Source: an uncultured Nitrososphaerota archaeon (GTDB lineage: Archaea; Thermoproteota; Nitrososphaeria; Nitrososphaerales; Nitrosopumilaceae). From it: a stretch of 64,000 nucleotides of DNA. Position numbers and translations under genes: made by a program. Of the stretch, positions 51,788 to 62,184 are shown in pieces. A model generated the notes under the pieces. That model was given only the letters and a program-made list of their open reading frames with translations. It did no database searches and was not told where the DNA came from. The stretch lies in the NCBI GenBank assembly GCA_963824385.1, contig CAWGPD010000001.1, forward strand, positions 96,001 to 160,000. Reading direction: 5' to 3'. The first letter of the stretch is position 1; each line of letters opens with the position of its first letter.

Positions 51788-51867
51788 CTTATGAGTCAGT
51801 ATGATATAGATCTATTTTAGTGAATTTAGAAGACAATGTACGTCAGGCATATTCAGAAAAGTTGAAT

Positions 51868-52785
51868 TTATTTTATTTTTCCACTGCCAACTATACGAAT
51901 TGATGTAGACTCGGGTTTGAGTATAACACAAACGTCGCCTTTTTCATATGATGTGGGCTTTCCAAGGGAGAGTTTCATTGGATTTAGAGTTACAATCTTG
52001 ACTGGTCTTATTTGCAAACCTATACTTGCAAGAAACATCTGGTTTTCAGCCAATTTATCTTTAAAGAACTTGCTTTGCATGTAATCAATTTCAATCTCTT
52101 TGGATGTTAGAACAGTATCTGGAAGACATAGTGTATCACCTCTTTGAATGTCATCAGGTGTTACACCCTTTGCTGCAATACCTACTCTTGCAGGAGAGAC
52201 TGCGTCTGCCACAGTATCATCGTGCATTTGAATTGATTTTACCATTACATCTATACCTTTTGGAAAAAGTTTTAGTGTGTCATACTGTTTTATTTTTCCC
52301 TGTACAACCTTACCTAGAATTACTGTCCCTACACCCTTGACATCAAAACAATGATCAATTATGATTTTTGGTTTTCCATCTGTTAAGATAGGTGCTAGTT
52401 GATCAATTTCTTTTTTTAAATTTTCAGGTTCTACTATTTTATATTGTTCCACAACAGTACCTTTAATCATTGAGAGCAATGTGTTTCTGTCAACATCAAA
52501 GGTATGAGACAAGATACCAAGTTTTTTTCCTAAAACATCTAGTGCAATTATTTGCTCTCCTGTAAATTTATCTAATTTTGATACATGTAGTATGACATAC
52601 TCACCCATACTGATTGCCTGAAAGAGTGGTTGGATCTTGTCTGGAAACGAAGTTGGTATAGTCCACGTACGCAGCGTATCAGCCTCTTTTCTATCATAAA
52701 TCGTAATATCAGTTGAAGTTCCTTTCTTTCCAAAATCTTTGGCAAGTGATTCATCTCCAAGTAATGTAAAATTTATTGATTTCAT
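51868..52785 (-). CDS. EF-Tu/SelB-like translation factor homologue with a degenerate G domain
   Basis: GKKGTSTDIT, IDHCFDVKGVGTVILG, VKSIQMHD, RVGIA. Confidence 0.8.
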   Translation of the reverse strand: MKSINFTLLGDESLAKDFGKKGTSTDITIYDRKEADTLRTWTIPTSFPDKIQPLFQAISMGEYVILHVSKLDKFTGEQIIALDVLGKKLGILSHTFDVDRNTLLSMIKGTVVEQYKIVEPENLKKEIDQLAPILTDGKPKIIIDHCFDVKGVGTVILGKVVQGKIKQYDTLKLFPKGIDVMVKSIQMHDDTVADAVSPARVGIAAKGVTPDDIQRGDTLCLPDTVLTSKEIEIDYMQSKFFKDKLAENQMFLASIGLQIRPVKIVTLNPMKLSLGKPTSYEKGDVCVILKPESTSIRIVGSGKIK

Positions 52786-52900
52786 CGATTTGTGAAAACA
52801 AGCAAACCAGTAAAATATCTTGTGGAAATTAACTCAGGGATCAATTAGAAGAAAGAATGTGAAAAACAAATAATGCTCTTGAATTCGTTTTTATCAGTTA

Positions 52901-53390
52901 TTATGAATGGGTTGCCCATCCACGTGTAATCAGTATTGTGGCAGTAGAAGAATCCACACATGCCGCAGAACCATCCTCTGCTTTCATAATCAGAGAAGTA
53001 CCTGCTGTACATTGTACGTCCTTAGGGGCAACTCCTGCTTTTACCTGCTGCAATGGTGTTTGCATTTTCAGCTGTAGGTGTTACTGTTGGAGTCATCATA
53101 GGCATCGCTCCTGTTTGGTTCATACCATGATGATGCATCATTCCTGTGTAGTTGCCGCCCATACCGTGCATACCAGTATAGTTGCCATGCATACCAGTAT
53201 AGTTGCCATGCATTCCAGTGTAATTACCGTGCATACCAGTATAGTTGCCATGACCATACATCATTCCAGTTTGATTCATGCCTGCCATGCCACTCATATT
53301 TGCATTCTGAGCATATGACATACCAACTGGTAAAACTAGTGCACTTGCCAAAAACATAATTAAAATCGACATTGTTGTAATCTTCAACAC
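52901..53390 (-). CDS. Secreted His/Met-rich repeat protein with a C-terminal two-Cys domain; frameshift near 53066
   Basis: Signal peptide, GMHGNYT repeats, then the shifted frame TPLQQVKAGVAPKDVQC...DGSAACV...RGW. Confidence 0.75.
53140..53262 (-). repeat. 21-bp coding tandem repeat (GMHGNYT) x ~5
   Basis: GCATACCAGTATAGTTGCCAT units repeated with synonymous variation. Confidence 0.88.
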
Positions 53391-53466
53391 ACATACTTTT
53401 TCAGATGGCTATTTAAATTTAAAGAAGAAATTCTCAATGTTGCGACTGTGAATATTTTTACACCAT

Positions 53467-53781
53467 TTAGAGGCAGTCTACTTCATGCATGGTCACAAGA
53501 CCATTTCCATCCACTATTTTTTTTATTTCAGGAAGAATTGATTCTATTTTGGATTTATCGTCAACAATCTCCATTATCAGAGGCATGTTTACAGTGATTC
53601 CCTCAATGTGAAGATCGGATGTGCCATGTTTTCCATATCCGCCAATCCCAGTCCAAACAGTGGCACCTGTTATCTTAGATTTTTTTAAAAGATCAAGAAT
53701 TACAAGGTGTGCTCTTTTCCCGTCTACAGTATCATTCTTTTTTATCCGTATCATAAGACAGTACATTTTGACTCTGCTCAT
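53467..53781 (-). CDS. DUF190 (PII-like) protein
   Basis: GATVWTGIGGYG and MPLIMEIVD; adjacent to crcB as is typical. Confidence 0.88.
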   Translation of the reverse strand: MSRVKMYCLMIRIKKNDTVDGKRAHLVILDLLKKSKITGATVWTGIGGYGKHGTSDLHIEGITVNMPLIMEIVDDKSKIESILPEIKKIVDGNGLVTMHEVDCL

Positions 53782-54171
53782 CTAATGAAAGCCTCCTTGA
53801 AGAATTACTGTCATCAAAGATTTTCCACCAAATATAGCACCTATTGACAGTCCTACATTAGCAATTATATTTACTGCCATAAATCCCAATTGCTTGTTAT
53901 CAAAAAGATTAGTTGTTTCCAATGCAAAGGATGACATTGTTGTAAGAGAGCCGCAAAAGCCTATTGCTACTAGCATAGTATATTTTTGATCAAGGCTCCA
54001 TTGTTGAGACATGACTGCAAACAAGCCTAAAATGAAACTTCCAATAATATTTACAATCAATACATTTACTGATAGAGTTCCTAAAAGTAGTGGAGACGCT
54101 GTTATTTTATACCTAAGAAAAGTTCCTACTAGTCCACCCATTGCAATAAATATTATTACGATTGGCTTCAT
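53782..54171 (-). CDS. crcB: Fluoride channel Fluc/CrcB
   Basis: GGLVGTFLRY, VNIIGSF, GFCGSLTTMSSF. Confidence 0.93.
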   Translation of the reverse strand: MKPIVIIFIAMGGLVGTFLRYKITASPLLLGTLSVNVLIVNIIGSFILGLFAVMSQQWSLDQKYTMLVAIGFCGSLTTMSSFALETTNLFDNKQLGFMAVNIIANVGLSIGAIFGGKSLMTVILQGGFH

Positions 54172-54187
54172 TTTTAATCAACTCATA

Positions 54188-55066
54188 TCATTTGCTCAAT
54201 ATAACTGCAAGAATCAGATCTACTTTGTAATTCAATTCAAGTCGTGAATTTACGATTAGTTTCCAAGGTATAAAACTGGGTTTATTCGTATTCTGTAAAA
54301 GCCTGAATCCCATTTTATTTAGTTGTAGCCTTAATGATTTTGCGTCAAGTTTGACTTTGACAGAGTTCTTACCTCTTTCATAGTCATAAGGATCTGAGAG
54401 TATTACAAATCTTCCAGTTTGGCGATGTATTATTTTTAAAAATTGCAAAGGCTCAATTAATTCCAATACATTTAGTGCCACACTTAGATCAAACTTTTTA
54501 TCTCCAAATGGATGAGATAAAGAATCTGCTAGAAAAAAATCAGAGTTTTTTATTTTACGTTTCTTTGCCTCAAGCAATGCAAAAAATGATTTATCTATTC
54601 CAAAAACTCGACTGTGATATTTTGCAAGAATCTCAGATATTGTGCCAATAGAGCATCCGTGTTCTACAACAGAGGCACATTTTGGAAGTGTCCTAATGAT
54701 ATTTTTCACTTTAGTTTCAAATGAAGTATGTTTGCTTTTTTCATATATGCCAACCCAGTTCTTTTCTAAATCGCTAGTATCTTCTCCAACGCGTTTTATC
54801 TCTTGCAGAGATTTTTTTGTCATAGATTTTATTTTTGGATTTTTTGCATGCAATAATAGATATCCTCCCAATTTTGTCCTAATTGAAAAATAGGAAGACA
54901 AGTCTTTTAGCAAAAATGGAATTGATGAAATTATAGGATATTTACTATCACAATATACACATGAAAGAATTCCCTCAACAACCTCACTTGTCTTTTCAAA
55001 GACTTCAAGTTCCAGATTGTGTCCACATTTGACACATCTCAGATGCAATAGGCTGGATTCGTGCAA
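54188..55066 (-). CDS. SAM-dependent methyltransferase with an N-terminal Trm112-like Zn domain
   Basis: CVKC...CVYC..YPI; VEHGCSIG motif I; FGID. Confidence 0.82.
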   Translation of the reverse strand: MHESSLLHLRCVKCGHNLELEVFEKTSEVVEGILSCVYCDSKYPIISSIPFLLKDLSSYFSIRTKLGGYLLLHAKNPKIKSMTKKSLQEIKRVGEDTSDLEKNWVGIYEKSKHTSFETKVKNIIRTLPKCASVVEHGCSIGTISEILAKYHSRVFGIDKSFFALLEAKKRKIKNSDFFLADSLSHPFGDKKFDLSVALNVLELIEPLQFLKIIHRQTGRFVILSDPYDYERGKNSVKVKLDAKSLRLQLNKMGFRLLQNTNKPSFIPWKLIVNSRLELNYKVDLILAVILSK

Positions 55067-55147
55067 CAGAATCCAACTATCATCAAGAGATTAATGTCAA
55101 AGTTGTAATTTGTTAGACTAAAATATCAACAAACAATTGAGATATGC

Positions 55148-55525
55148 ATGATTACAGTAGATTGCAAGAGCGTCTTGTCTTTAAAGTCACCACTGGCCAT
55201 CTACACATCTGACCAAGTAGGGGCAGTACCCGCATTAAAGATAAATGAGTTTATGCTCGCTCCCCTAAATGAAGAAGAGATAGATTCGTCCAGAGTCATA
55301 AAAGCAATCAAGAGTTTTCTTGAATCACTGTCTATTGAAAAACACTTTGCAGTCATACAGAAAAAAGATACGATTTCCATAATACCGCTAGATGATTACA
55401 AATTAGAGCCACAGCCAACACAGCCAACACAGCCAACAGACCAGTTTTTCACGTGTGTACATTGTGGTCATCTCACCCAATTTGAAACAGTTCACAGAAA
55501 TCACATGAAGATACATTATCTGTAG
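55148..55525 (+). CDS. Hypothetical protein with a C-terminal C2H2 finger
   Basis: CVHC...HMKIH; (QPT)3 linker from CAGCCAACA x3. Confidence 0.72.
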   Translation: MITVDCKSVLSLKSPLAIYTSDQVGAVPALKINEFMLAPLNEEEIDSSRVIKAIKSFLESLSIEKHFAVIQKKDTISIIPLDDYKLEPQPTQPTQPTDQFFTCVHCGHLTQFETVHRNHMKIHYL

Positions 55526-55549
55526 ACCGGTAAAAAATTTGGAATTTGT

Positions 55550-55834
55550 TTATTGAGATACGACTTCGTAAAAGGTTGGCTTGGGAAGACCATCCATGAA
55601 AGAATGTCCCTTTGATTGTATTCTAAAGTGTTCCTGAGTTTTATGCATAGTTTCAAACTTTTCCTTTGTCTCAAATTCTACCAAGATGATATGCTTGCCA
55701 TTATGTGTCTCAAGTAGCCTTCTTCTTACAAAGCCATCAAACTTTGATAGTTCAGCATTGGACTCTTTGATCCAATTCTTAAATTCATTCTCAGAGCCTT
55801 TCTTTATCTGAATTTCTGCTGTAACTACAAACAT
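55550..55834 (-). CDS. Antibiotic biosynthesis monooxygenase (ABM) family protein
   Basis: IKKGSENEF, FDGFV, FETKEKF..MH...H pattern. Confidence 0.8.
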   Translation of the reverse strand: MFVVTAEIQIKKGSENEFKNWIKESNAELSKFDGFVRRRLLETHNGKHIILVEFETKEKFETMHKTQEHFRIQSKGHSFMDGLPKPTFYEVVSQ

Positions 55835-55972
55835 GATATCAGTCAGTATCGATTTACCATAAGAGTATTTCTAAGATTCTCACATCCGGTAAATGGTATT
55901 TACAAATACCTGATGCTAACACAATACTTTACCTCAATAGTGCTAAATAACGGATGAATTCGATCAAAATGT

Positions 55973-56230
55973 ATGAATGATAAGCTTGTGGCATATGGCG
56001 CAATTGCTGCAGCCATAATTGTCATGTCAACTATAGTGTTCCCATTTTGGAATTTAATTCCAACCATGGTTACAGAAAAAATGAAGGTAGTCTATGTAGA
56101 GGATGGTAAATGTACCGCACAGACAGTTGACGGATACATAATTCGAAACATACCTTGCACTGCAAAGATTGGCGACAACATCACTGCATCATATGATGTC
56201 AAGGTAAAAGACAGAGAACGCAAAATATAA
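55973..56230 (+). CDS. Small membrane-anchored hypothetical protein
   Basis: N-terminal TM helix and a two-Cys beta domain. Confidence 0.65.
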   Translation: MNDKLVAYGAIAAAIIVMSTIVFPFWNLIPTMVTEKMKVVYVEDGKCTAQTVDGYIIRNIPCTAKIGDNITASYDVKVKDRERKI

Positions 56231-56587
56231 TCAAAGAAGTTTTAGATCTTTTGTAACTTTATCTATCATCTCTTCTGGTGCAGGGCCTATAGAGATACAA
56301 GTGACTGTTCCAGGCTCTATCTGGGTGTGTCCGGCATCTGTCACTTCAGACCATGGTAGATCATGAGATATTGCATCTCGCTTTACTTTATCAAGTTCTG
56401 ACAAGCTTGATACCTTGAGTACTACCTTTTGCTGGCCGTATCTCTCCCATTGATCATACCATTCTCTTTTTGATTTGCGTACATGTTCTGCACCTAGGAC
56501 ACATGCATGCCCTACCTGTGCTGCAATCTTTCCAGCACCCATGCCAAGATCTTTTCTCACAACTATAACCTGTTTGATTATACCCAT
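56231..56587 (-). CDS. pth2: Peptidyl-tRNA hydrolase 2
   Basis: VRKDLGMGAGKIAAQVGHA and DAGHTQIEPG. Confidence 0.96.
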   Translation of the reverse strand: MGIIKQVIVVRKDLGMGAGKIAAQVGHACVLGAEHVRKSKREWYDQWERYGQQKVVLKVSSLSELDKVKRDAISHDLPWSEVTDAGHTQIEPGTVTCISIGPAPEEMIDKVTKDLKLL

Positions 56588-56712
56588 ACCAGATTGAAAT
56601 AATATTAGGACATGTTAAACTTTTGAATTATTTTCTAGTAAGAAAAAACAACAAGAGATTGACTAATCCTTAATGTCATATCCATAAATAACGGGTTTAT
56701 GATATAGTATAC

Positions 56713-56856
56713 ATGCCAGGTATGAAATGCGTATCATGCGGAATTGGATTCTTTTCTGCTACTGGATCAGACAAATGTTCCAAGTGTTCAGACAAGGGAG
56801 GCCATCATGAAGCCGCAGAAAGTCATGACTCTTGTGGTTGCGGTCATAGCCACTAA
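56713..56856 (+). CDS. Small Cys/His-rich metal-binding protein (47 aa)
   Basis: Manual translation MPGMKCVSCGIGFFSATGSDKCSKCSDKGGHHEAAESHDSCGCGHSH; ATAAATA TATA ~25 nt upstream. Confidence 0.7.
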   Translation: MPGMKCVSCGIGFFSATGSDKCSKCSDKGGHHEAAESHDSCGCGHSH

Positions 56857-56940
56857 AACCCATTTTTTCATACAAACATACAATAAAAAATTTTCAAAAT
56901 ACACATTGAATTAATAGTGAATACATTGATAAAAAATATC

Positions 56941-58077
56941 ATGGATTATGATGTAGTAATAGCAGGCGGAAGTGTTGCAGGACTATTATGTGCTCGAGAG
57001 ATTGCAGCAAAAAACCACAAGGTTCTGGTAATAGAAGAAGACCATGAGATTGGAACTCCAGAGCATTGTGGAGGAGTAGTAAGCATTCCAGCAATGGACG
57101 ACTTGGGAATAATTCCAATGAGGGCTACACTTGACAACAAGATACGTTCTGCCAAAATTGTGGCACCGTCTGGAAAAAGTTTTACACTTGATGCAAGACC
57201 ACAACAGGTCATAGTCTTGGACAGACGCGAGTTTGACAAGCAGCTTGCCCATCAGGCCCAAGTCAACGGAGCAGAGATTAGAGTAAAATCATCACTAAGG
57301 GAGATAACAAAAGACGGTGTAAGAACTTCAGACGGAGAAATAAAGTGCAAGATAATAGTAGATGCAAGAGGAGTATCATCTTTGATTCACAAGGACAGGA
57401 CTGGTACACTCCAGTCAGCACAGTACGAAGTCTTTGCAGACTGGATAGACAAGGAAAGAATCGAAGTTTATCTAGATAAAGAAAAATATCCAGGATTTTT
57501 TGCGTGGGTCATACCAACAAGAAGAGATGAAGCTAAAATCGGAGTTGCAGGAAGAGGAATAAATCCAGCACTTGCCATAGAAGAATTTCTCAATAAAAAA
57601 GGAAAATATTCAACAATTAGAAAAATATTTGCCCCAATTTGGATTAAAGGTCCAATTAAGGAATTTGTCACAGGAAATGTAATCACAATAGGCGATGCCG
57701 CAGGACAGGCAAAGCCCACAACAGCAGGAGGAATTTACTCGTCTGGAATTGGCGGCATATTTGCAGGAAGATCAATTTCCAAATTCTTAGAATCTGGAAA
57801 AGAATCTAGTTTATCAGAATACCAAAAAAAATGGACTGGAAAATTTGGTAAAGAGTTTGAGCATATGCTTCTTGCACGTTCTTTACTTGAGAGACTGGAC
57901 AACAAATCAATTGATTCAATATTTGATTCAATTACGCCAAACATACTAGAAGAGATCTCAAAGGAGGGAAGCTTTGATTTTCATACAGCATCAGTTGCAA
58001 AAATATTAGGAGTACGTGGATCAGTCAAAGCAGTCCAGACAATTCTTGGAAATGAATTGCGAAGATTGTTGAACTAA
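56941..58077 (+). CDS. Geranylgeranyl reductase family FAD oxidoreductase
   Basis: GGSVAG, PEHCGG, DRREFD, PGFFAWVIP, GDAAGQAKPTTAGGI. Confidence 0.88.
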   Translation: MDYDVVIAGGSVAGLLCAREIAAKNHKVLVIEEDHEIGTPEHCGGVVSIPAMDDLGIIPMRATLDNKIRSAKIVAPSGKSFTLDARPQQVIVLDRREFDKQLAHQAQVNGAEIRVKSSLREITKDGVRTSDGEIKCKIIVDARGVSSLIHKDRTGTLQSAQYEVFADWIDKERIEVYLDKEKYPGFFAWVIPTRRDEAKIGVAGRGINPALAIEEFLNKKGKYSTIRKIFAPIWIKGPIKEFVTGNVITIGDAAGQAKPTTAGGIYSSGIGGIFAGRSISKFLESGKESSLSEYQKKWTGKFGKEFEHMLLARSLLERLDNKSIDSIFDSITPNILEEISKEGSFDFHTASVAKILGVRGSVKAVQTILGNELRRLLN

Positions 58078-58127
58078 ATTATAAATGATAAGCAAGGTAT
58101 AAATTCGGTCAAACTGGCGTTTTTAAC

Positions 58128-58307
58128 ATGTCATCAACAATAGGATTACCTGTGTGCACTTCATGCCACAGACCAATAATGCCTAGAGACATGTGTGTAA
58201 AATTTAACTGTCCTGACTGTGGCTCATTACTACTTTGGAGATGCGAGAGTTGCAGAGAAGCAGTTAGAGTATACAAGTGCAGTTCATGCACCTTTGAAGG
58301 ACCTTAA
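58128..58307 (+). CDS. Zn-ribbon protein (DUF1610 / HVO_2753-like, 59 aa)
   Basis: Manual translation has four CxxC pairs and ends FEGP; conserved position upstream of aEF-1beta. Confidence 0.85.
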   Translation: MSSTIGLPVCTSCHRPIMPRDMCVKFNCPDCGSLLLWRCESCREAVRVYKCSSCTFEGP

Positions 58308-58311
58308 AGAA

Positions 58312-58593
58312 ATGGCACGACTCTCACTTCGAGCAAAAATTCTTCCAACTGGAACTGAAGTAGATCTAGATGAGGTTGCAAAAAAGATCCAAGGTACATT
58401 AAAGGAAGGAATAACATTTTCAAAATATACAAAAGAGCCACTAGCATTTGGGCTCTATTTTCTTAATGTAGAATTTGCTCTAGACGATAAGGAAGGACAG
58501 ATGGATTCACTTGAGAATGCAATTCGTTCAATCGATGGCGTTGGTGATTTTCAAGTATTAGGTTTAAGTCGAACGTCTGTTGATATGAAGTAG
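58312..58593 (+). CDS. ef1b: Translation elongation factor aEF-1beta
   Basis: KILP...EPLAFGL...IDGV; ATG at 58312. Confidence 0.9.
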   Translation: MARLSLRAKILPTGTEVDLDEVAKKIQGTLKEGITFSKYTKEPLAFGLYFLNVEFALDDKEGQMDSLENAIRSIDGVGDFQVLGLSRTSVDMK

Positions 58594-58601
58594 GTGGCCT
58601 T

Positions 58602-60771
58602 TTGGTAAAAAAAGACGAACTGCTTCAAATGCGGGTCGGGGAAGCAAAACAAAGAGATGTTGGAAAGAGACGAGCCAGAATAGAACCAGAGGCAATGCAG
58701 TTCTTAAAAGTAGAAGCAGGAGACATGATAGAGATCACAGGCAAGAGATCAAGCTGTGCCATAGTTTGGCCTGCCGATGATGACAACAAGTCACCAGATG
58801 TAATACGAATTGATGGTCAGACAAGAAAGAATGCAGGTGTTGGAATTAACGATCTGGTAAATGTAAAAAAAATAGTTGCAAAACCCGCAAAAAGTGTAAC
58901 ACTGATGCCAGTTAATGGAAACGTTACTGTAGACAAGGAATTTACAGATTTTGTAAAAAATAGACTCAGAGGATTACCTCTTTCAGAGGGAGATGAGATA
59001 TCAGTCATGATTCTTGGAAATTCAATGGATTTTAAAATTCACAAGATTTCGCCAAAAGCCGTTGTAAAGATTGAGCGTAGTACTGCAGTTACCATACTGA
59101 CTGAGACAACCACTGATAAAAAGATCAGAGTTACATTTGAAGAGATAGGCGGTCTCAAGTTACAGACAAAGAGAATGAGAGAGATTGTAGAACTTCCATT
59201 AAAGCATCCTGAAATATTTACAAGACTTAACATCGAGCCTCACAGTGGCATACTGCTATACGGTCCACCCGGATGTGGCAAGACACTGATTGCCAAAGTA
59301 TTAGCAAGCGAATCAGAGGCCAACTTTTATTCAATTAACGGTCCAGAGATTATGAACAAGTATTACGGAGAGACCGAAGCAAGACTAAGAGACATCTTCA
59401 AAGAAGCAAAAGAGAACTCGCCTAGTGTAATATTTATCGATGAGATTGATGCAATTGCTCCAAAAAGAGAGGAGGCATATGGAGATGTGGAAAAAAGAGT
59501 AGTTGCCCAACTCTTGGCATTGATGGATGGTCTTAACGAAAGAGGAAACGTCATTGTATTGGGAGCAACAAACAGACCAGAGAGTGTAGACCCTGCATTA
59601 AGAAGACCGGGTAGATTTGACAGAGAAATTGAGATCTCAGTTCCCAATGCAGATGGAAGATTAGAGATATTACAAATTCATACGCGTGGTATGCCTTTAC
59701 ACAATGTTGATCTCAAAACACTTGCTGCAGAATTGCACGGATATACAGGAGCTGACATCAAATCACTTTGTAGAGAAGCTGCAATGAAAGCTGTTAGAAC
59801 ATACTTGCCTGAAATAGAGAACGAGACTGAAAAAGTATCTCCAGAAATTTTACTAAAGCTAAAGATCACACTACAAGACTTCTATGATGCAATGCATGAA
59901 ATTGTTCCAACTGCAATGCGTGAATTTTATGTTGAAAGTCCAAAAGTATGGTGGAGAGAAGTTGGAGGACTGGATGAAGCAAAAAGAATCTTGGAAGATA
60001 ATTTGATAACTGCAATCAAGGAACCTGCAAAGTTTCAAAAGATGGGAATCAGACCACCAAAGGGTGCATTACTATACGGCCCTTCAGGATGTGGAAAGAC
60101 ATTGCTTGCAAGAGCTCTTGCAACAGAGAGCGGTGCAAACATGATACTTGTAAGGGGACCAGAAATACTATCAAAATGGGTCGGGGAATCAGAAAAGGCA
60201 ATTAGAGAAATATTCAGAAAGGCCAAGACTTCGTCACCATGTATCATAATATTTGATGAGCTTGACTCGCTTGCGCGCTCCAAATCAAGTGAAGAAGGAG
60301 GAATAGGAGAGAGACTGCTCAGCCAACTCTTAACAGAGATGGAAGACGGTGGTGCTTCACGAGTTGTTGTATTAGGAATATCAAATAGACCAGATCTTAT
60401 CGAATCCATCTTTGATAAGACCAGGAAGACTAGACCTAGTAATTTTTGTTCCACCGCCAGACGAGAAGGGAAGATTTGAGATAATCAGATTGCTTACAAA
60501 ACAGATGCCACTTTCTGGAGAGATTGACTTGAAAGAGATTGCAGTTGCGACAAAGGGGTATAGCGGTGCAGACTTGGTTGCAGTGTGCAGAGAAGCTGCA
60601 GTAAACGCAATGCGGAATAACACACCCAAAATTACAAGTGTTGATTTTTCCACTGCTCTAAAAAGTGTCAAGGCATCAATTACAAAAGTAGTAGAAGAGT
60701 GGTATTCAACAGTTAAGGATAATATATCATACGCATTACCAAAACCAATGGATAAGGCATTTTACGGTTAG
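58602..60771 (+). CDS. cdc48: CDC48/VCP AAA+ ATPase, frameshift near 60403
   Basis: N domain, GPPGCGKT and [15 protein letters not shown]; the second RPGRLD is in the shifted frame. Confidence 0.95.
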
Positions 60772-60773
60772 AC

Positions 60774-61100
60774 ATGGCAGTACCACTGAGAAATACAATA
60801 TATGAAAAAATAAAGATAGTAGGATCTCTTACTGATTCTGATTTATCAAAAGCTCTAATCAAGACAGGAATATCAATACCAGAAGACGAGTTTAACAAGA
60901 TACTACTCAATTTAGAAATTTATGGCATGATCAAAGTAACATGGCTTACCAAGGACGAGCGTAGAATAGAGATATCTGAAAAAATAGAAGACGAGGACGA
61001 GATAGAAAGACAGAACATGGAGAATCTGGAAAAAGAGTACGAATCAGGTTTTCCAGGTGTTGGTCAACAAGAAGAGATTTCAGAAGAAAACACTGGATAA
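60774..61100 (+). CDS. Winged-helix-like protein with an acidic tail
   Basis: FNKILLNLEIYGMIKV pattern; directly follows cdc48. Confidence 0.7.
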   Translation: MAVPLRNTIYEKIKIVGSLTDSDLSKALIKTGISIPEDEFNKILLNLEIYGMIKVTWLTKDERRIEISEKIEDEDEIERQNMENLEKEYESGFPGVGQQEEISEENTG

Positions 61101-61203
61101 AATATTTTTTTCCCCAATCGATTCAAAAAATAATCGATCAATTTTTCAATAACAATGTTAATCAACATATTATAATCCCCCAAGGAAAACTTGTGTTGTA
61201 GAT

Positions 61204-61713
61204 ATGAGTCAGACCATACTAAGCGACAAGAAAATTTTGATACTATCAATTGTAGCTGCAGCTACAACTGTCATTGGAGGAATATTACACTTGCAAATGG
61301 TTCCAAGAACATTATCTGAGAGTTTAGCCCAGGGAATATTCTTCATAATTGGAGGACTGTTACAAATTTTCTGGGCAGTTCCAGTCATAAAACGATGGGG
61401 CAGAATATGGCAAATTATTGGAATTGTAGGGACTATAGTATTGATTGCGTTATGGTATGCAAGTAGAGCACATTTAATCCCAGAAGGCGGAATACGTGAA
61501 GGAGGTCCACAGAATCATCAATCAGGACAATTTCCAAGAGGGAATATGACAGGAGGGGAGTTGCCAAGAGAAGGTGGCCCGCCAAGAGGCATAGGGGCGC
61601 AGATTGGAAGAATGTTACCATCAGTCGAGATTGCTCAGTTTGCATTCATCGGATTGTACATAACTCTAAGCATAATGATTTCAAAAAAGACAAAGGAATC
61701 AAAACAGGTTTAA
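61204..61713 (+). CDS. Membrane hypothetical protein
   Basis: Four TM segments with a Gly/Pro-rich loop. Confidence 0.7.
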   Translation: MSQTILSDKKILILSIVAAATTVIGGILHLQMVPRTLSESLAQGIFFIIGGLLQIFWAVPVIKRWGRIWQIIGIVGTIVLIALWYASRAHLIPEGGIREGGPQNHQSGQFPRGNMTGGELPREGGPPRGIGAQIGRMLPSVEIAQFAFIGLYITLSIMISKKTKESKQV

Positions 61714-61735
61714 TTTTTTCATTACCTAAAATAAT

Positions 61736-62077
61736 TTATTTACCAAGATCTTTCATATTGGCCTCAAGAATTACCAGTCTTCTTTGTGCAACGTCCATGA
61801 CACGTTTTAAAACATCAATCTCATTGCTGTTTTGCTTTCCCATCTCGTTTACACTGTCAAACAAAACTTGGGCCTCGTTTGTCAATCCACTATCTAGCTT
61901 ATCCAGCCTAGTCACAAGACGTATGTGATCCTCTTCTAATTTTTTTATCCTATTATTAGTTTCATCTATTTTTTTATTCACCGCGTCAATTTCATCATGA
62001 ATTGATGCTAATTCTTCTTCGGCTTTGTTTGATGAGGATGAGCGAAATCTGTCCATCCCTGGCATTTTTGGACCCAC
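61736..62077 (-). CDS. Coiled-coil hypothetical protein
   Basis: Heptad repeats throughout. Confidence 0.6.
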   Translation of the reverse strand: MGPKMPGMDRFRSSSSNKAEEELASIHDEIDAVNKKIDETNNRIKKLEEDHIRLVTRLDKLDSGLTNEAQVLFDSVNEMGKQNSNEIDVLKRVMDVAQRRLVILEANMKDLGK

Positions 62078-62184
62078 GATTGAAGGTATCCTCAGTTCCT
62101 AGTTAAGGATATAGTAGCAACAGAATAGGGCATGTACAAAGATCAGATGGGAAATATCTACCTGAATAGCCATGTAATGAATTT

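Noticed and set aside
51868..52785. Selenocysteine system linking the SelB-like gene to the in-frame TGAs
   Set aside because: The TGAs fall at non-catalytic positions where Met/Leu fits, TGA is used as a normal stop elsewhere in the window, and the protein lacks intact GTPase motifs.
53140..53262. CRISPR array
   Set aside because: Contiguous 21-bp in-frame coding repeats with no spacers and no cas genes.
54172..54260. Fluoride riboswitch upstream of crcB
   Set aside because: Only 16 nt separate crcB from the upstream CDS, and I see no GGCGAUGG-type consensus.
55412..55438. CAGCCAACA x3 as a phase-variation locus
   Set aside because: The 9-bp unit preserves the frame and encodes only a QPT linker.
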